From assembly GCF_031769215.1 (NCBI RefSeq), contig NW_026782522.1:1-64000 (forward strand): 64,000 bases of DNA, given 5' to 3'. The notes below the pieces were generated by a model that was not told the DNA's origin, searched no databases, and saw nothing but the letters and a program-made list of their open reading frames with translations. The first letter of the stretch is position 1; each line of letters opens with the position of its first letter. A program made the position numbers and the translations under genes. Positions 12,608 through 25,971 of this stretch are shown here, piece by piece. This DNA comes from Ylistrum balloti (lineage: Eukaryota).

Positions 12608-15294
12608 CTGATTTGACCTATTTTTATTATTTCCTCAAAATATATTATGATACAAAAATAGAAATAATTGATTCTATGCTAACTTTGGACCACTCAACCT
12701 TCAGTTTTGGTAATCTACCAAAATAATCTCGGCTGTCAAGCTAATCAACAGAGTACTGAACCCAACACTGAAATTATCTTGAGTTCAAGTAATCAGATTT
12801 ATCTCTGAATGGTTTTATTGAGTCACTTAATTGTTTGTCAATGGATATAGTATTCGCGTCCATGAAAAACATACTGGCTTCAATAAAGGATAATCTAGAG
12901 GAAATTTCCTTACGGGAACGTGGACATTGGTGGAGGTGAGGGTTTGGTTATCAAAAATGTAAATTTCTTAGAAATTATGAATACCATAGGAGCTTGGATG
13001 GCGTTAGAAGAAAACATCCCAATTTCTAATGACGTAACCTTTCCGTGGTCCTGGCAAAATTTAGTTGAATTAAAAAAAACGAACCTTTTTACCTCAGAAT
13101 GGAATGCATTATCTCTGTGGAATTCTGATCCAATTGTTTAACATTGATAGGTATGCTAACATGCCAAATATTATTTGTCAATATTTTTATATACCTTGTC
13201 ACTGGTTTTTATGTGTACACGTGATAGAGAATGTATTTTTTGCCGGAAATTTATCAACATTGAAATTGTGAGGTCGTTCTTGTTAAGAATGGATTTGTTT
13301 TTAATAATACTAATAAACCTTTTGAAAAGCCAATGACTTCAACTTCAACTCCGAGTTTATTTTTGTCGTGTCAAATTAATTTACTTAATATATTGAAATA
13401 CCTAAGATGATTGTTTTTCATATTTTGTATCCGTGAATCATGGTACACGGACATCTCTGTCGACTTTGACGTAAATATTGAAAAATAAAATGTTTCCTCA
13501 TTTCGGCACCGATTCATGCTCACTTCAGTCAACTAACTGGTTCAAATTGTCCATTTCACGGACACCGCTGTATAACGGAAATATTTGCTGACGGATGATG
13601 TTTGGTTTAGTTTTGGGCAGCATCCATACTAACTATAATGGTAGACATATCCTAGTTATTTAATGTTGGTAGTTAAAGGTAGTTTATTTAGCAAGAAAAA
13701 AAAATAACCTGTATGTGACACGATATTTCCCATGCTAATTACTTATGTTCATCGAACGGATAAGATGACCGTCAGTATCGGCTTGTTCAAACGTTAAATA
13801 GAATTGACCACTTGAAAAAAACGCGTTAAAGACAGGAATACTTGGAATATACCAATATGATGTGTGTAAACAAACATACAGCTGTGATGAAGTAATTTAG
13901 AATGTTACCAAACTTCAACAATTTTTTCTTTGAAAATATTTCACAGCTTCATTTCAAAACCTGCTGTGAGATCCCCATGTTCAACTATGATCGGTAGCTA
14001 GTGATATGTGAAAAACTCTGATATGAACAAAACAAAATCGATAACATCCTTAATCATATCATATTGCTCAGACACATAAACTTGGTACACACGTTGACAT
14101 AAAATATCTATTATTTCATCTTTTTCGAGATATTTAACATTCTTGTATCAATCTGTCTCAGATTTACAGAGTAACCTTTGATTATTTTTGTTTTCCCACT
14201 TTCATCTTTTATTTATTTATTTTTTTTTTTTTTTGTTCGTTTTGTTTTCATTACATATCTCTGTAATATACATGATCCGAAAATATTAAATCCACCACCT
14301 AATGGTCACGTCAGAACGATAACTTCAGCGCAGACATTATATTATTCTATTTCCATGCTATATATCTTATATTAAAGTCGAATAAGTGAGGCATTATTCA
14401 TTAAAAACCACCAATCATTCTTTACTTGTATCAGGAACGGCAGCACAGATGTACGTTTGTATATAGGTCACATGAATGTAGGGCACTGTAATAAAAACAG
14501 TTCATCAATCCAATATTAATTTCAATGTAACCGATCCCGACAATACTAGTGTTCGTACAAATTAATTACTAGCTCTCACAAATGTCAAGCGTTGTGACAT
14601 TCATAGTTATGTACGTGAATTCTCACATATCATTTGTTCAAACCTGGTTGTAAGGAAATCTAATATACAGTGGATTGACCTAGTCTCCAGTGTCGCCTGG
14701 ACTTTCTGTTTCATGTCGTGCCGGTATATCTACACATTATCTATGATTCTGTCCACGTTAGGGTATACCAAAAATGGAGAAAAAACGAAGTGCATTACTA
14801 AAATATAACCGTAACACATACTTTGAGCATTGTAACTCTTTGTGCTTTATCTACATGGCTTTTGTCACACACTTTCATACTTGTAAGTTCAGTTAAATAA
14901 AAACGTCAAAATATTGACTTTACAGGCCGAACTCTTTTCTTTCATGAATTGTTACGCATCAGTAACAGCCAATCATCAGTCATGTTCGGGGTCAACTTTT
15001 TTTAAACCCAGAAGACCAAACTTGATCAGAAAAAATACTAAAACCTTGATGGGGTGGTCACCTGCCCTGTAAATCCTTATTTAAAATTTCTTGATTTCCA
15101 TATATTTGATGATTTTAAAAGCAAAGTAAAGGACGTGTAAATATTCTGAACCATGTCACTATTCCAATAAATACAAACATGTCTAATGACAATTTCTACA
15201 AAGTGTTATATAAAACAAATATTTCTGTATTACAAATTGCCGTGCATACCCTAGCTGTAATGGTGTAGCTGTGATAGAATTACGACTGTGGTAT

Positions 15295-17060
15295 ATTGAA
15301 TTGATTTCGATTTGATTCAAACGTGTTTTATTGCCATTATCATCAGTAACAGGATTGGGCACAAGTGATTGCAACTTCATTTGAGAACTTTCCCAAAACC
15401 AAAATACATTTAGAGCATTTGGCAAACAAAGAAATAAAGAATAAAGAAACAAATTAGACTTAATGTAATTTTGAATATATTGCTAGATTGAATGAAAGTG
15501 AGCCCATTTATACATATTCATTACGTAAGTGTGTACATATATTTTGTCGTTTCCAGAAAGAAGTCTAAATTCAAAACCAAAGCTACATTGTCAAGACTAA
15601 AGAAAAGCAAACGTCCCTGCTGTTGGGTAATAATTGTGACAATCCCAGAACAAATAGAATGCATTTTCAAAAGGGTTTCAACATGAGCATTCGGCGCCAT
15701 CACCCAGATTGACACAAAATTAATCATATTTCAAAGAATAACATCGATGACGTAAACTTTGAGCGAATAATATATAACCTTCTGTCACCAAACATATAGT
15801 AAACCGGGGTTGATTGGTCTGGAATTCTTAAATTATTAACAGAAAGTTATAGTAATAGACGATTTGAATTCCATGGTCGAAGTGTGAAAGGAATAATACG
15901 AAGAATGAATTTCAGTCTGTAATTTGGAATTACAAAATCCTGTCTATTTCTAACCGGCTATGGAATAGTTTGACCAACTGATGGAGGCAACACTTAAATC
16001 AAAATCACTTCTTATCTTATACAGTAATTGTAATTTCTTTTTTTTCTGACTGAAAGTCCTGTTTCAACATAAAGATAATTGTTATTAGCAAAAATAGTGG
16101 GTAAACCTGAAATGGCACGCGCAGTCTGACGCTGGGTTTTTATATATCATCGTTTTTCAATCTATGTAGAAATCAACTCATAAAAAATAAATATATGCCT
16201 ATTTTACTTTTATAAATAACAGTTATGTTAAAGTGGATGTCGATAAAAAAAAACAGTGTTACAGCCATAGTCACTCACTGATAAATCAATAGTTAATATT
16301 GAAGAATCAACATATTTTACCAAGTTTGTCAAAAACATCGGGTCAAGTAAGCTCGCTCTTTATGTCATTTCTAGTTGGCTCATTTGCGACGTTTTAATAC
16401 CGAAATTTATAATTATAATTATATCAGGCAAGGCTATCGTGGGGTTAATGTTAACATATCAAAATTTGAAGCACCATTGATAACTATAAGAGGAGTGATC
16501 ACAAGGGCTTTGTCGGTAGAAGAGTATAAAGTTTGTCAGAAAGGATTAACATCAATATCGGGTCTTTATACTGTACATAACTAGAGAACGAAATGCTGTA
16601 ATTCTATTTTAGTCCAAATTACTTCACGTCCAAGGAAATCAAGCTCACGGAGATGTGTTGTCTTTAGTTGCTCATGTACAAATATAAGAACAACACCCGA
16701 TGCAAAGTTTCTGTCTGAACGAAATGGAGCATGAAAGCCTTCTAAATGAAACTTCTCAAGAGAAACATGCTCATCTTAATGGGTTTCAGTAAGGCAAATG
16801 TCATAATCTCATGCTATGTCTTCTAAAACATCCATTTTATTGATATTTAAATGAAATATCGGTGATTCTTTGGGACCTGGATTAGATTCATTATCCATAT
16901 GAAAAAGTAATAACAAAAGGAGTACTAGACTAAATTCAATATTGAGAAAAAATGCATTGATAGATACTGCGATTGAGTATAGATGTGTAAGTTTACTCAA
17001 ACTATAGTATAAACCTGAAATAAATTTAATATGTATGCTGAAAAGTATGGAGACCATTTT
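15295..17060 (-). mobile_element. CR1-clade LINE remnant: 2A-like motif + APE endonuclease + ORF2 C-terminus + 3' end; RT domain deleted
   Basis: Minus strand: LLLLLLFHMDNESNPGP (motif at 16872-16895), then APE motifs FHLNI, CLTETH, RSDRN..SG.V, EVIW, PTR...LLDP and SD(Y) down to ~16250. The C-terminus follows almost directly: TARAISGLP..FA...LY.ETG, LPP.V....VRN, LRHRC.SL..D....CSC..E.AF..FWDC (~15480-16130). 3' UTR with AAGTTG..ACTTGTGCCCAATCC, AATAAA and an (AATC)-like tail at ~15295-15380. Confidence 0.8.
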
Positions 17061-18599
17061 AAACAAACATCTGCTGTAAACTCTAAAGTTCTAATCGCTA
17101 TTCTATAGCTTACAATACCATCACCAATTATCCAGAGAACGTGCTATATGTAAGACTATGACGACTGAAAATACCGGAAAATACACATTTATACAACAAT
17201 CTCAGGCATTTCAGTTAACAATGTAGTTCTAATAATACTAGCATTAGTACAAAAACACTATGTTAAAAAAGGACATGATATTGACATCGTCTATAGTATC
17301 CAACATGGACACTGTTGAGAATGAAAAAGGAGATAAATAGGTGGTACAGGTAAAACAATGATTGACACACAACAGTGGACACAGCAGACAATACATCATG
17401 GTACGCATGCTCGTACATACACATATGCATTCGCTCTTGATTACATATAGTAGAGTAGAGTCATTATGTATACAAGTCATACATTGATAAAATCATCCAA
17501 GTAATAAAATATAATAGTTATTATATAATAGGCTAGTCGTTAATACACATGTACTGTAGAACGTGCATAATTATTTCACCCATATAAGAATGAACTCACC
17601 TACCACATATGTGTATATATGAAAAACACAGGTCATACCCTCAACTGCATGTTTTTGGTAGTTGCAATGATTACTATAAGTCAGGGATCGCCGTTTCCAA
17701 TCTAGATATCCTACACTGACCAACGATACCCAGGCCTATACGTAGAATTTTGAAATACAAATAGGTCACCAAGTTTGTGAAAATACTTGTTCAATATTTC
17801 ATAATTAGGCACAGCTTTATATAAAGATTCCATGAGAACTTTGAAGATTTTACAAATTCAGTAACAAATTACAGCTAATTATAATACTGTAAGGTAACAA
17901 AAATTTACATACAAACACTTTTAATTACATCTCCATTACATCTCCATACACAACCATTCTCACCATTGCTCACTTTTTACGTAAACAAAACATTGCTGTA
18001 ATAAGTATGAAAAGTGATCATGTAATTTCACATCAATACTATAAGTCTATCTAGAATTTTGGTTGACAAAATTTAAATAAGCTCTTTCGGGAATTGACTG
18101 TGTCTTTTTTAATTTTTCAATTTTTATGTGACAGTCACGTGACAATGAACATTGTTTTCATATTTAATTTTATTCAGTTCATTCACGACCTATTGACCTT
18201 CCTTAGTTAAGGCTTGGACGATCAGAATTTTGTTTTTGTTTTTTTCGTTAAGCTTTAGAACTGTCTCTAAAGGGTCAATGACCATGATCATAGCGAAGAT
18301 TTTTATGCTGGCGAAATTTATTAGTTAACGATTTGATTTCAGTTTCCTGCAGATGTTTGTCTTCCATCGTGGATACTTCTTCCTCAACACTAGGAGGGTT
18401 GTAGTTCACACATTTACACAATATATGTGCTGACAAGCTTCCCTGTATAAGAGTATAACGCGGAATCTGAAGTGTTCATGACAACGTTAGCAGAACTTGG
18501 GGTCGAGACTTCATTGGAGTGGACAGGGTGATTGGAGTCTAATCCACTAGCCGTTTACTTATAAATAATGAGGTTAAAGTTGAAATACATGTATGTGTT

Positions 18600-19430
18600 G
18601 ACAGTTTCTATTCTGAATGAAATACATCCCGAGTTAAATTATTCAAATCTTGCATTTTCACTTATATTTGAGCCAAAATAGAAAACCTTGTTTCAAAACA
18701 AACCAAAAACCCTTCCATCATTCGGCATTCAGATTTCCGTCTTTTTACAAAACACAAATATTTATATTGACCAAATTTAGTTATTTGGAACGATAGAAAT
18801 TCCACCCTGACTCTTGAATTCACCTGAAGTTGACTTTTCACTCCATGAAATGATTAAATCAGACACTTTCGTTCATCCTTCTCGAAACTGCAGTTAAAAT
18901 ATAAAACATTTTTACATTTATATACTGATAGTTCAAAAGATAATGATAAGGTTGGCGCGGCCATGGTTACACAAGATTAAGTTTTTGGATGCCGGCTACT
19001 GAACAACACCTCGATATTCTCGGCGCAAGCGCGAGCTATCTACCTCGCCCTTGAATACATCCAAACAAACAAATGAGAGCTGTTATCCATTCAGACTCTC
19101 TTTCTGTACTACAAAGTCTTAGCAATAGAAATATCGAAAATATTTTCATTCGTAATACATTAATACTATATCATGAACTTGCCTTTAACTTTCGTATTGC
19201 TTTTTGCTGGGTACCTGGGCACATTGGAATACCAGGTAATAAAAAAAGCAGATCGTGCCGTAAAGGAAGCTTTATCGCTACCACCTGCTGTTTTTAAACT
19301 TAATTTTACCGATTTTAAACCATTTATTAAACAATTATAACAGCTCAGTGACAGGAGGACTAGATTCAATTTTCCAACAATAAATTGCACTCCGTAAAAC
19401 CTATCATCGGTGAATGGTCTCTATCGATAG
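18600..19430 (+). mobile_element. I-group (I/Nimb/Ingi/Loa-type) LINE fragment with RNase H domain
   Basis: Translates with lesions as PSFGIQI..PP*LL..P..DFSL..KSDT, LYTDSSKD..VGAA, SIFSAQARAIYLAL, IHSDSLSVLQSL, FCWVPGHIGIPGNKKAD.A.KEAL, NKLHSVKP..GEW: non-LTR-type RNase H signature. Confidence 0.85.
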
Positions 19431-19434
19431 AGAA

Positions 19435-19895
19435 TTCATGTTTGATAAACTGGATATGCTAATTGATGAATCAGAAATTAATTTTCGTATCAGTAAGTTG
19501 AAAAGAAAAAAGAGTTATGGAGAAGACAAAATACTCAATGAACTATTCGAATGCAAAGATACTTTTTAACCATGTTTAAATAATAAGTTTTCTTTCCGGA
19601 GGTTTGGTCCACTTGGTGTATAACACCAAAATCTAAGAAAGGAAATATTGACAACACAAATCATTACAGAATCATCACCCTGGTTACCTGTATGGGCAAA
19701 TCAGTTACCTCTATATTAAATGCAAGAGTATTTCATTAGGATAAAGAAAACAATGTAATAACACATGTTCAATTTGGTTTTAGACCTGGTTACACTACTG
19801 ATGTAATTTCTGTCCTTCAGTCACAAATAAATAAGTATTTCAGTAAAATAAAAAAAACTCCTGGAAGTCAAATTACTGTTTTGTAGACTATAAAA
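19435..19895 (+). mobile_element. Non-LTR RT remnant, N-terminal half (RTE/RTE-X-like, tentative)
   Basis: ISKLKRKKSYGEDKILNEL, KKGNIDNTNHYRIITLVTCMGK..TSILN.R, QFGFRPGYTTD, YCFVDYK. Ends exactly at TSD GACTATAAAA (19886-19895). Confidence 0.75.
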
Positions 19896-21724
19896 TTATT
19901 ATTATAACATTTTTGACGGATCGTCAACACATAAAAGTTCATTAGGACCATCAACCTGTAAAAAAACAGCGATCCAAAAAGGAAATAACATTAAACAAAC
20001 CAAAAGGTAGAAGACAAACGCCAAAAATCTTAAATGGGTATTGTAACGTATGGTCAAGCGTCAGATTAAGATGTTTCGGCAAGAAAGCAAGAACTCAAAA
20101 TATTGTATAGAAAACAATCACAATTTATTACATACAAGTATATAATCACACTAAAGCACATCCACACTCACTCTCACTTCCTCTAACAAGCACACAAAGT
20201 TCCAAAAAGGCGTCCAACACAGCACGGCACAACACGGTCACAGAATACGTCTAAGTCCTTTACACAACAAGAAACAAGGTAGCAGCTGAACCGCAGCCCA
20301 GCTGAGGCTCCCGTGAACAAGAGTTCCACACGGGTGCCTGTCAGGGGGACTTCTAAGCCTTCCCCACCACATACAACACCAGAGACGTAGTGTATGCTCT
20401 ACCACCTAGATAGTGTGCTCCAAACTATCCCCGACAGTTGAGGACATGTCTCCCTACGACGGAGATTCTCTACGGCGATGAAAATGCCATCGGTGCCTTG
20501 ACCCGACTGTACCGAAAAACAATCTTCCTGTGGCTGACCTAGGTCTATGACCGGCCCCGTTGCCGAAGCTGTGGTTCCTCAGGTCCAGATAGGCGTATTT
20601 GTAGACTCTCACTCTGGCATGGGAAGCTTAAACAACAAACAATACACACAAACATTCACTCCGATAACCATCACAAAAATGACAACATATCGTCCATACA
20701 AAGTACACTACATACGTTAAATACCTAATTATTCATTCTATATGGGAATAAATACACAATATTTGCTTTGATTCTCAAGCAAAGTCGTGCGGTGGTCCAT
20801 GCTTACGCTATAATTTTGATAAACAAAGTAACGCATATGGCGACTAAGGGCTTCCATACTTTTTTTAAACCGGCGATACTCAGTGGACTATCGTTCACCT
20901 GGACAGGGACATTAATACAAAAGTTATCATTTAAGCCCTACTATATACTACAAATGACATATGATAAACATAATATTAAGACTTCAGCGATCAAAACATG
21001 GAAATATTAATATATCAACAAAACATACACGCTTACAACTCTAATCAATTGCTACGCTTGATTGGACCGCACGCTAATATATATATATATTAGAAATACA
21101 TTTTTCCCGGAAAATAAGACACTCTAACAGACAATTAGTAAAGAGAAAGAGATGTAACAATATTAGTTACTCACCACAGTCTGTATTCCGTGCCTGTATC
21201 CATGATATATATATATATAATATCGGCATACCTTACCTGTAGTGACGCTCGCCAAATTCCGCACGTGCACTTTCGTTTTAGCCGTACTTACACTCGTGCC
21301 ATACGGACTTATGTACAAGAACAGACGAATCATAGACAAAATCTATACAAATAATTACATGCGAACGTGACAGGTATGTTAACACAAAAGATTAAAAGGG
21401 TACGTCATAGCCTATTATATAAACCTCATCTTTCAGATAACCTAGATTTTACAAAGATAACAGTTCCAAAAAGGGTTTTTAGACTTGTAATATTACGATA
21501 AAAAAAATTCTCAAGTAGACAGAAGGACGATGCAGTCCAATAAAAAAATGTTCAACGGTGAATGGCTCATAGCATCGAGGATTATCTTCGCCTTTCAACA
21601 TATATGAATGTGAAAGGTATGTATGGCCCATCCGAAGACGGGCAAGGACAACTTCGTCTCGGTTGTCTCTATAACATGGAGACCTTTCACCGATAGTAGG
21701 TTTTATGGAGTGCAATTTGTTACT
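19896..21724 (-). mobile_element. 5'-truncated I-group LINE insertion with (TAA)n tail and 10-bp TSD, interrupted by a solo LTR
   Basis: Minus strand: NKLHSIKP..GE....RDNRDEVVLARLRMGHTYLSHSYMLKGED.PRC.EPFTVEHF..DC, stop at 21405-21407. T-rich 3' UTR split by the LTR. Hairpin TTGACG-GAT-CGTCAA (19913-19927), (TAA)3 tail (19896-19904), flanking direct repeats GACTATAAAA at 19886-19895 and 21725-21734. Confidence 0.85.
20042..21372 (-). mobile_element. Probable solo LTR (1331 bp) of an LTR retrotransposon
   Basis: Ends TGTAACGT...ACGTGACA (7/8 inverted match, TGT..ACA). Perfect 5-bp TSD GGTAT at 20037-20041 and 21373-21377. Minus-strand AATAAA (20124-20129) about 80 bp from one end. No internal second LTR or pol ORF seen. 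Confidence 0.8.
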
Positions 21725-22280
21725 GACTATAAAAAAGCCGTTTGATTATAGAGATGGAACTAATATGTGGTATAAATCAATAACACAAGGTTTGCGCAGT
21801 AAAATGATAAAAAAATTATTCTGGCGTTGTATAGCTGTGTTTAATATTGTGTTAAGTAAGATTGAGCTAATTTTTAATATTTCACAGCATCGATCTCTTT
21901 CAAGGGGAAATGTTATCACCAATTTATATTCTATGTAAGTTTATGATTGTGAAAAAAGGTTGTCCGTCGATAGAAGTCAACGTGATATTTTTTCCTTTGA
22001 TGTATACAGACGACATGGTCTTATTTGCAGAATTCGCCAGATAAATGACAAAGAATGTTAAATAAATAAAAAAGTAAATAAAGAACACATGAAAAACTAG
22101 AACAGCAGTTTTTAGAAATGACAATGGTATCAGAAATATGTATTGAAAAATGGTACTGTAATGATACATGACTCGAAATTGTTACCATTCTGATCATCTT
22201 CGAATGTTTTTCAACTATAATAGAAAATTTAATGTTATACAAAATCACGTGGCTGGTCAGGGAAAAGGTATACTACTCTC
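21725..22280 (+). mobile_element. Non-LTR RT remnant, C-terminal half (continuation of 19435-19895)
   Basis: Resumes at DYKKA(F)D..GTNMWYK...QGLRSKM, then FQGEMLSP, LMYTDDMVLFAE (YADD-like), KT..AVFRN, FNYN.KF..IQNHVAGQGK. Confidence 0.75.
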
Positions 22281-25200
22281 TACATAATAAGTTAATATAT
22301 CACAAATTTAGTTTTCAGACACAAATATCTGTTTTCCACACATTTGTATTTTAGGTTACTTCTCGAAGATTTCATGATTTCACAAAGCGTTTGATGTAAA
22401 ACTGCATTTTCATTTTGCATAAGAGTATAAACAAGTTACAAAAGAACTTGCAATATTCTAGTATATTGTGAGTTAGGACAACTGCCACTTTTTACCTGTA
22501 GGAAGCTAAAAATACTCAAATATTGATTCAGTGTGAAGTATACAAAACATTGTATCTTGAAATCATGTTTAAATGAAAGTGCAGTATCTATTGATAGCTA
22601 GATATTGAATTTTTCAGGTCGGGCTGGACAAATTAGAATTGAATTATTTATGGAATGCGTATTACAATGAGAAAAAGTGTTCAGCTTGATTAAACAAAGA
22701 TTCCATAACGTTTATTGTTAGAAGATATTGTCTGATTTTAGTATTATTTCTAGAGGAACATTATATCAACATATTATTTTTTTTTCTTTGCAATATTACT
22801 TGTATAAGCCAATAGAAGAACTGTACAGTACAAAAATCTCAAAGCTAGATTTCGGTCAAGGTCACTCAACCGTGACATAGAACAAGGAAGATATAGAAAG
22901 CAGTAGAGAGGACAATGAACCTGTGTTTTGTCCAACAAATGATTTTTTTCATAACAATCTTCGAGGGACATATATTAAGCCATATTATAGACGACCAAGT
23001 GTATTTAAATAGATACAATTATAAAGCGTCCAAATTGTAATTGAATTAAGTAAACTAATGGAAATCCTTTACCTAGCGACAAAACAATGCAATGAAGCCA
23101 AATAGCTATATAACCAACAGTCTGTACCATGATGTTTGTATGTATTTTCATGTTTCTCAGTACATCATTGTTTCCATTATCATCATCATTCCTAAAGGGA
23201 TCAATGCATATACAAGTGATATTTGTATTGCTAGTTATTATACAAGATCATTGATATAGATAGTAATATCTAACAGTGTGTATTGTATGTTGTTGCATTT
23301 ATCTGAAATAGAACATTATGTCTGTTACTTTAATACGAATTAATATCAAAGTGTTAGACTGCTTTGATAAGTACAATATTTGTAGTGGTGTACCATCATA
23401 CAGTGTCGTTTGCTTTATGGCTATACATCTTCTCTCCAATGTGTTGTAAAACGTCCAGAATAAATGAATATCTATCTGAACTATTCGACACATAGTATTA
23501 TATTTTTATTGTTACAAGCAATGTCTAGTGGTCGTCAGGGGTTCGACATTATATTATCCATTTCCGCATTGTCCCTGCTGTTTAATGATACATAAACTAC
23601 AATTTGTCTTACAAAATACAACAGTGTTTTTGTATAAAAACCGACAAAACCATATATCAGAAATAAGAGAGTATATTTTAACAAAAATCCATTGCACGGT
23701 TTAAAAAGTGCACAAATTCACATTTGAAACTATTTTTTTTTAAATTAGAAAAGTAAACTTCACGAAATGAACAGAAATCACACAATGTATAATTTCCCTA
23801 CCTATTCTATTGCAAAATTGGCCGAAAAATGATATATTCTAAACATTTTAAGGAGCAGAAATCAAGTTTCAATAACTGATCTTCTGATTTGTACAATATA
23901 TATATGAAGATTTTCCATTCCATGTAAAGAACAACGTCAAAAATTAAATGCACGGTGGGTCTTTTGACTATATAAATAAATATATGGAAAGTTATGTATT
24001 ATGAAAAGCCGCGAATATGTTCATTTATTTGAAATGTTAAAGAAATTGCGGAATACTTCAACAGATAACAGGCCAAACACAATACATGAAAAAACTGTTC
24101 AGTGACATTAGTAATATAACAATAAAACAGATATGCTGCTTTAGTTTCAAAGGGTATTTCAATAAGTTCATATGCAAACAGTGCTTTTATCGTTTTTTTC
24201 TCGTTTTAAGGGGTTGGGGAAATAAAAGATAATAATTATAATTCTCATTGTTCTGTCTGTCATGTTTAGTTACAATATTAACGAAATGTTTGAAATAGTT
24301 TCAAACATTTTACACAAAATTTTCTTAATTATTCCGATAAAGATGCTTTTTAAAAAGTACCCCAGTCTAACACCCTTTTCAAGTATAACGTTATATTCTC
24401 GAAACTAATTCATGATTTTGATATATTCGAAGGTGTTTTGCTTACGTTAAGTATACTTATACTTTGGTAAGAAATGTATTCTCATTAAGGCAATAACGGT
24501 CGCCTGTTTATTTTCTGATTTTACGTGTTAGAGATGATAAACTTACTGTTACCCTCACTAGTCACTCCTCTGCTAGTTCGGTATTTTCATACTGTTTACA
24601 ACGAATGATAAACATGATTTTAAACAATTTTGCTGCGTTTAGTATTTACATCAAATTAACGAAAAAGTGTCCCTACTCCCACCTGTTTTTATATAAATGT
24701 GAATGATGCAGTCAAATTAGGGAATTATTCATTCAATACTAGATCATTAGGTTTGGCATGTTCTTGCTTGGGTAGGACTAGATTTTACTCATTACGACAT
24801 TATCAGTCATTCGTCCGTTTTCCTGATTTCTGAGGGTTAGAGGAGATAAATGTGAAATTACTCTAACTGGTCAGGCACCTTCTATCTTGGTATTTTCATG
24901 TTTCACAAGGATACCAAAGATGCTTTTAAAGCACTTTCGCTGTGTATACTCCGGGTTTAGATACATTTATTTATCTTTTTTCTGAATCATTTAAATAAAA
25001 TTGATAAAATATGCATCACTTTCTGTTGTCCTTTTTCAAGTATTATGTAAATTTCGGTTCAGTAAGTTTATGGTTAGGCGATCAAGATTTTCTCATTGAG
25101 GGCAATTTTAATGCGGTAAATTCTCTTATATATAAACTTGGAAAACATTGTCAAATTCGTGAACGACTGAGAAAAAGTGTTCTTTGTACAGTAATCAGAT

Positions 25201-25971
25201 GTTGATGGATCCAAGAAATCTACCCATCGATTCTTCTGGAATAAGTTTAAAAGCTTTATAACAACTCAATTAAGTTAATTATGTTGATTCTGGTGTTCCC
25301 AAAGAAGCTTATAGTTACCAAGTAAAAGCTGAAGTACTAACCGACCATTTTTCCACAATTTCTAGCATTGACTGTTCTAATGTTACTTGACCTGATTTTT
25401 TTTCAGAAAATATGCATTTTTTAAGTGTCATTGTTATCAATGAAAGCGATGTTTATGATATTTTGTCAGTTTTTCATATTGGTAAAGCAGTTGGACCAGA
25501 TAAAATTAGTCATCGGATGCTAAAAGCTTTAGCATGAACACTGCCTATACCTTTATCACTGCTAGTTAATCGTTCCATCCATGAAAGTTGTTTTCCTGCT
25601 GCATGGAAGAAAACTCACGTTTTACCTTTATTTAAGAAAGATGATCCACATCTTCCTCTAAATTACAGACCCATATCCTTATTAAGTTGGTTTTTTTCTA
25701 AAATAATGGAAAGGTGCGTTTTTGAATATATAAATACCAAATCTCAAATCATTCGACACTGTTCCAGCTGATCGAGCTGTTTCTGCAACTGACAGAAAAG
25801 AGAGTTCGTGCGTTGTATTATGTGATCTTTCCAAGGCATTTGATATAGTTTGACATAAAGGATTATAATTAGAACTCCGTCAGTATGGTACTGAAGGAAA
25901 CTTACTCTCTTGGATATCTCAATATACGTCAACAAACTTTTACTTATGTAAATACCGTTTCTGCTCTTAAA

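Noticed and set aside
18600-19895. RNase H plus adjacent RT as a single element
   Set aside because: In I-group LINEs RNase H lies downstream of RT. Here it is upstream, and the RT motifs belong to a different clade.
21240-21262. Minus-strand TGGCGAGC as a tRNA-Arg primer-binding site
   Set aside because: Only 8 nt match, and it lies ~115 bp inside the element rather than directly after an LTR end.
23280-23500. Faint RT-like peptide (YLK...ICSGVP..SVV) on the plus strand
   Set aside because: Too decayed: no QG, PLLF or YADD motif; cannot be supported by eye.
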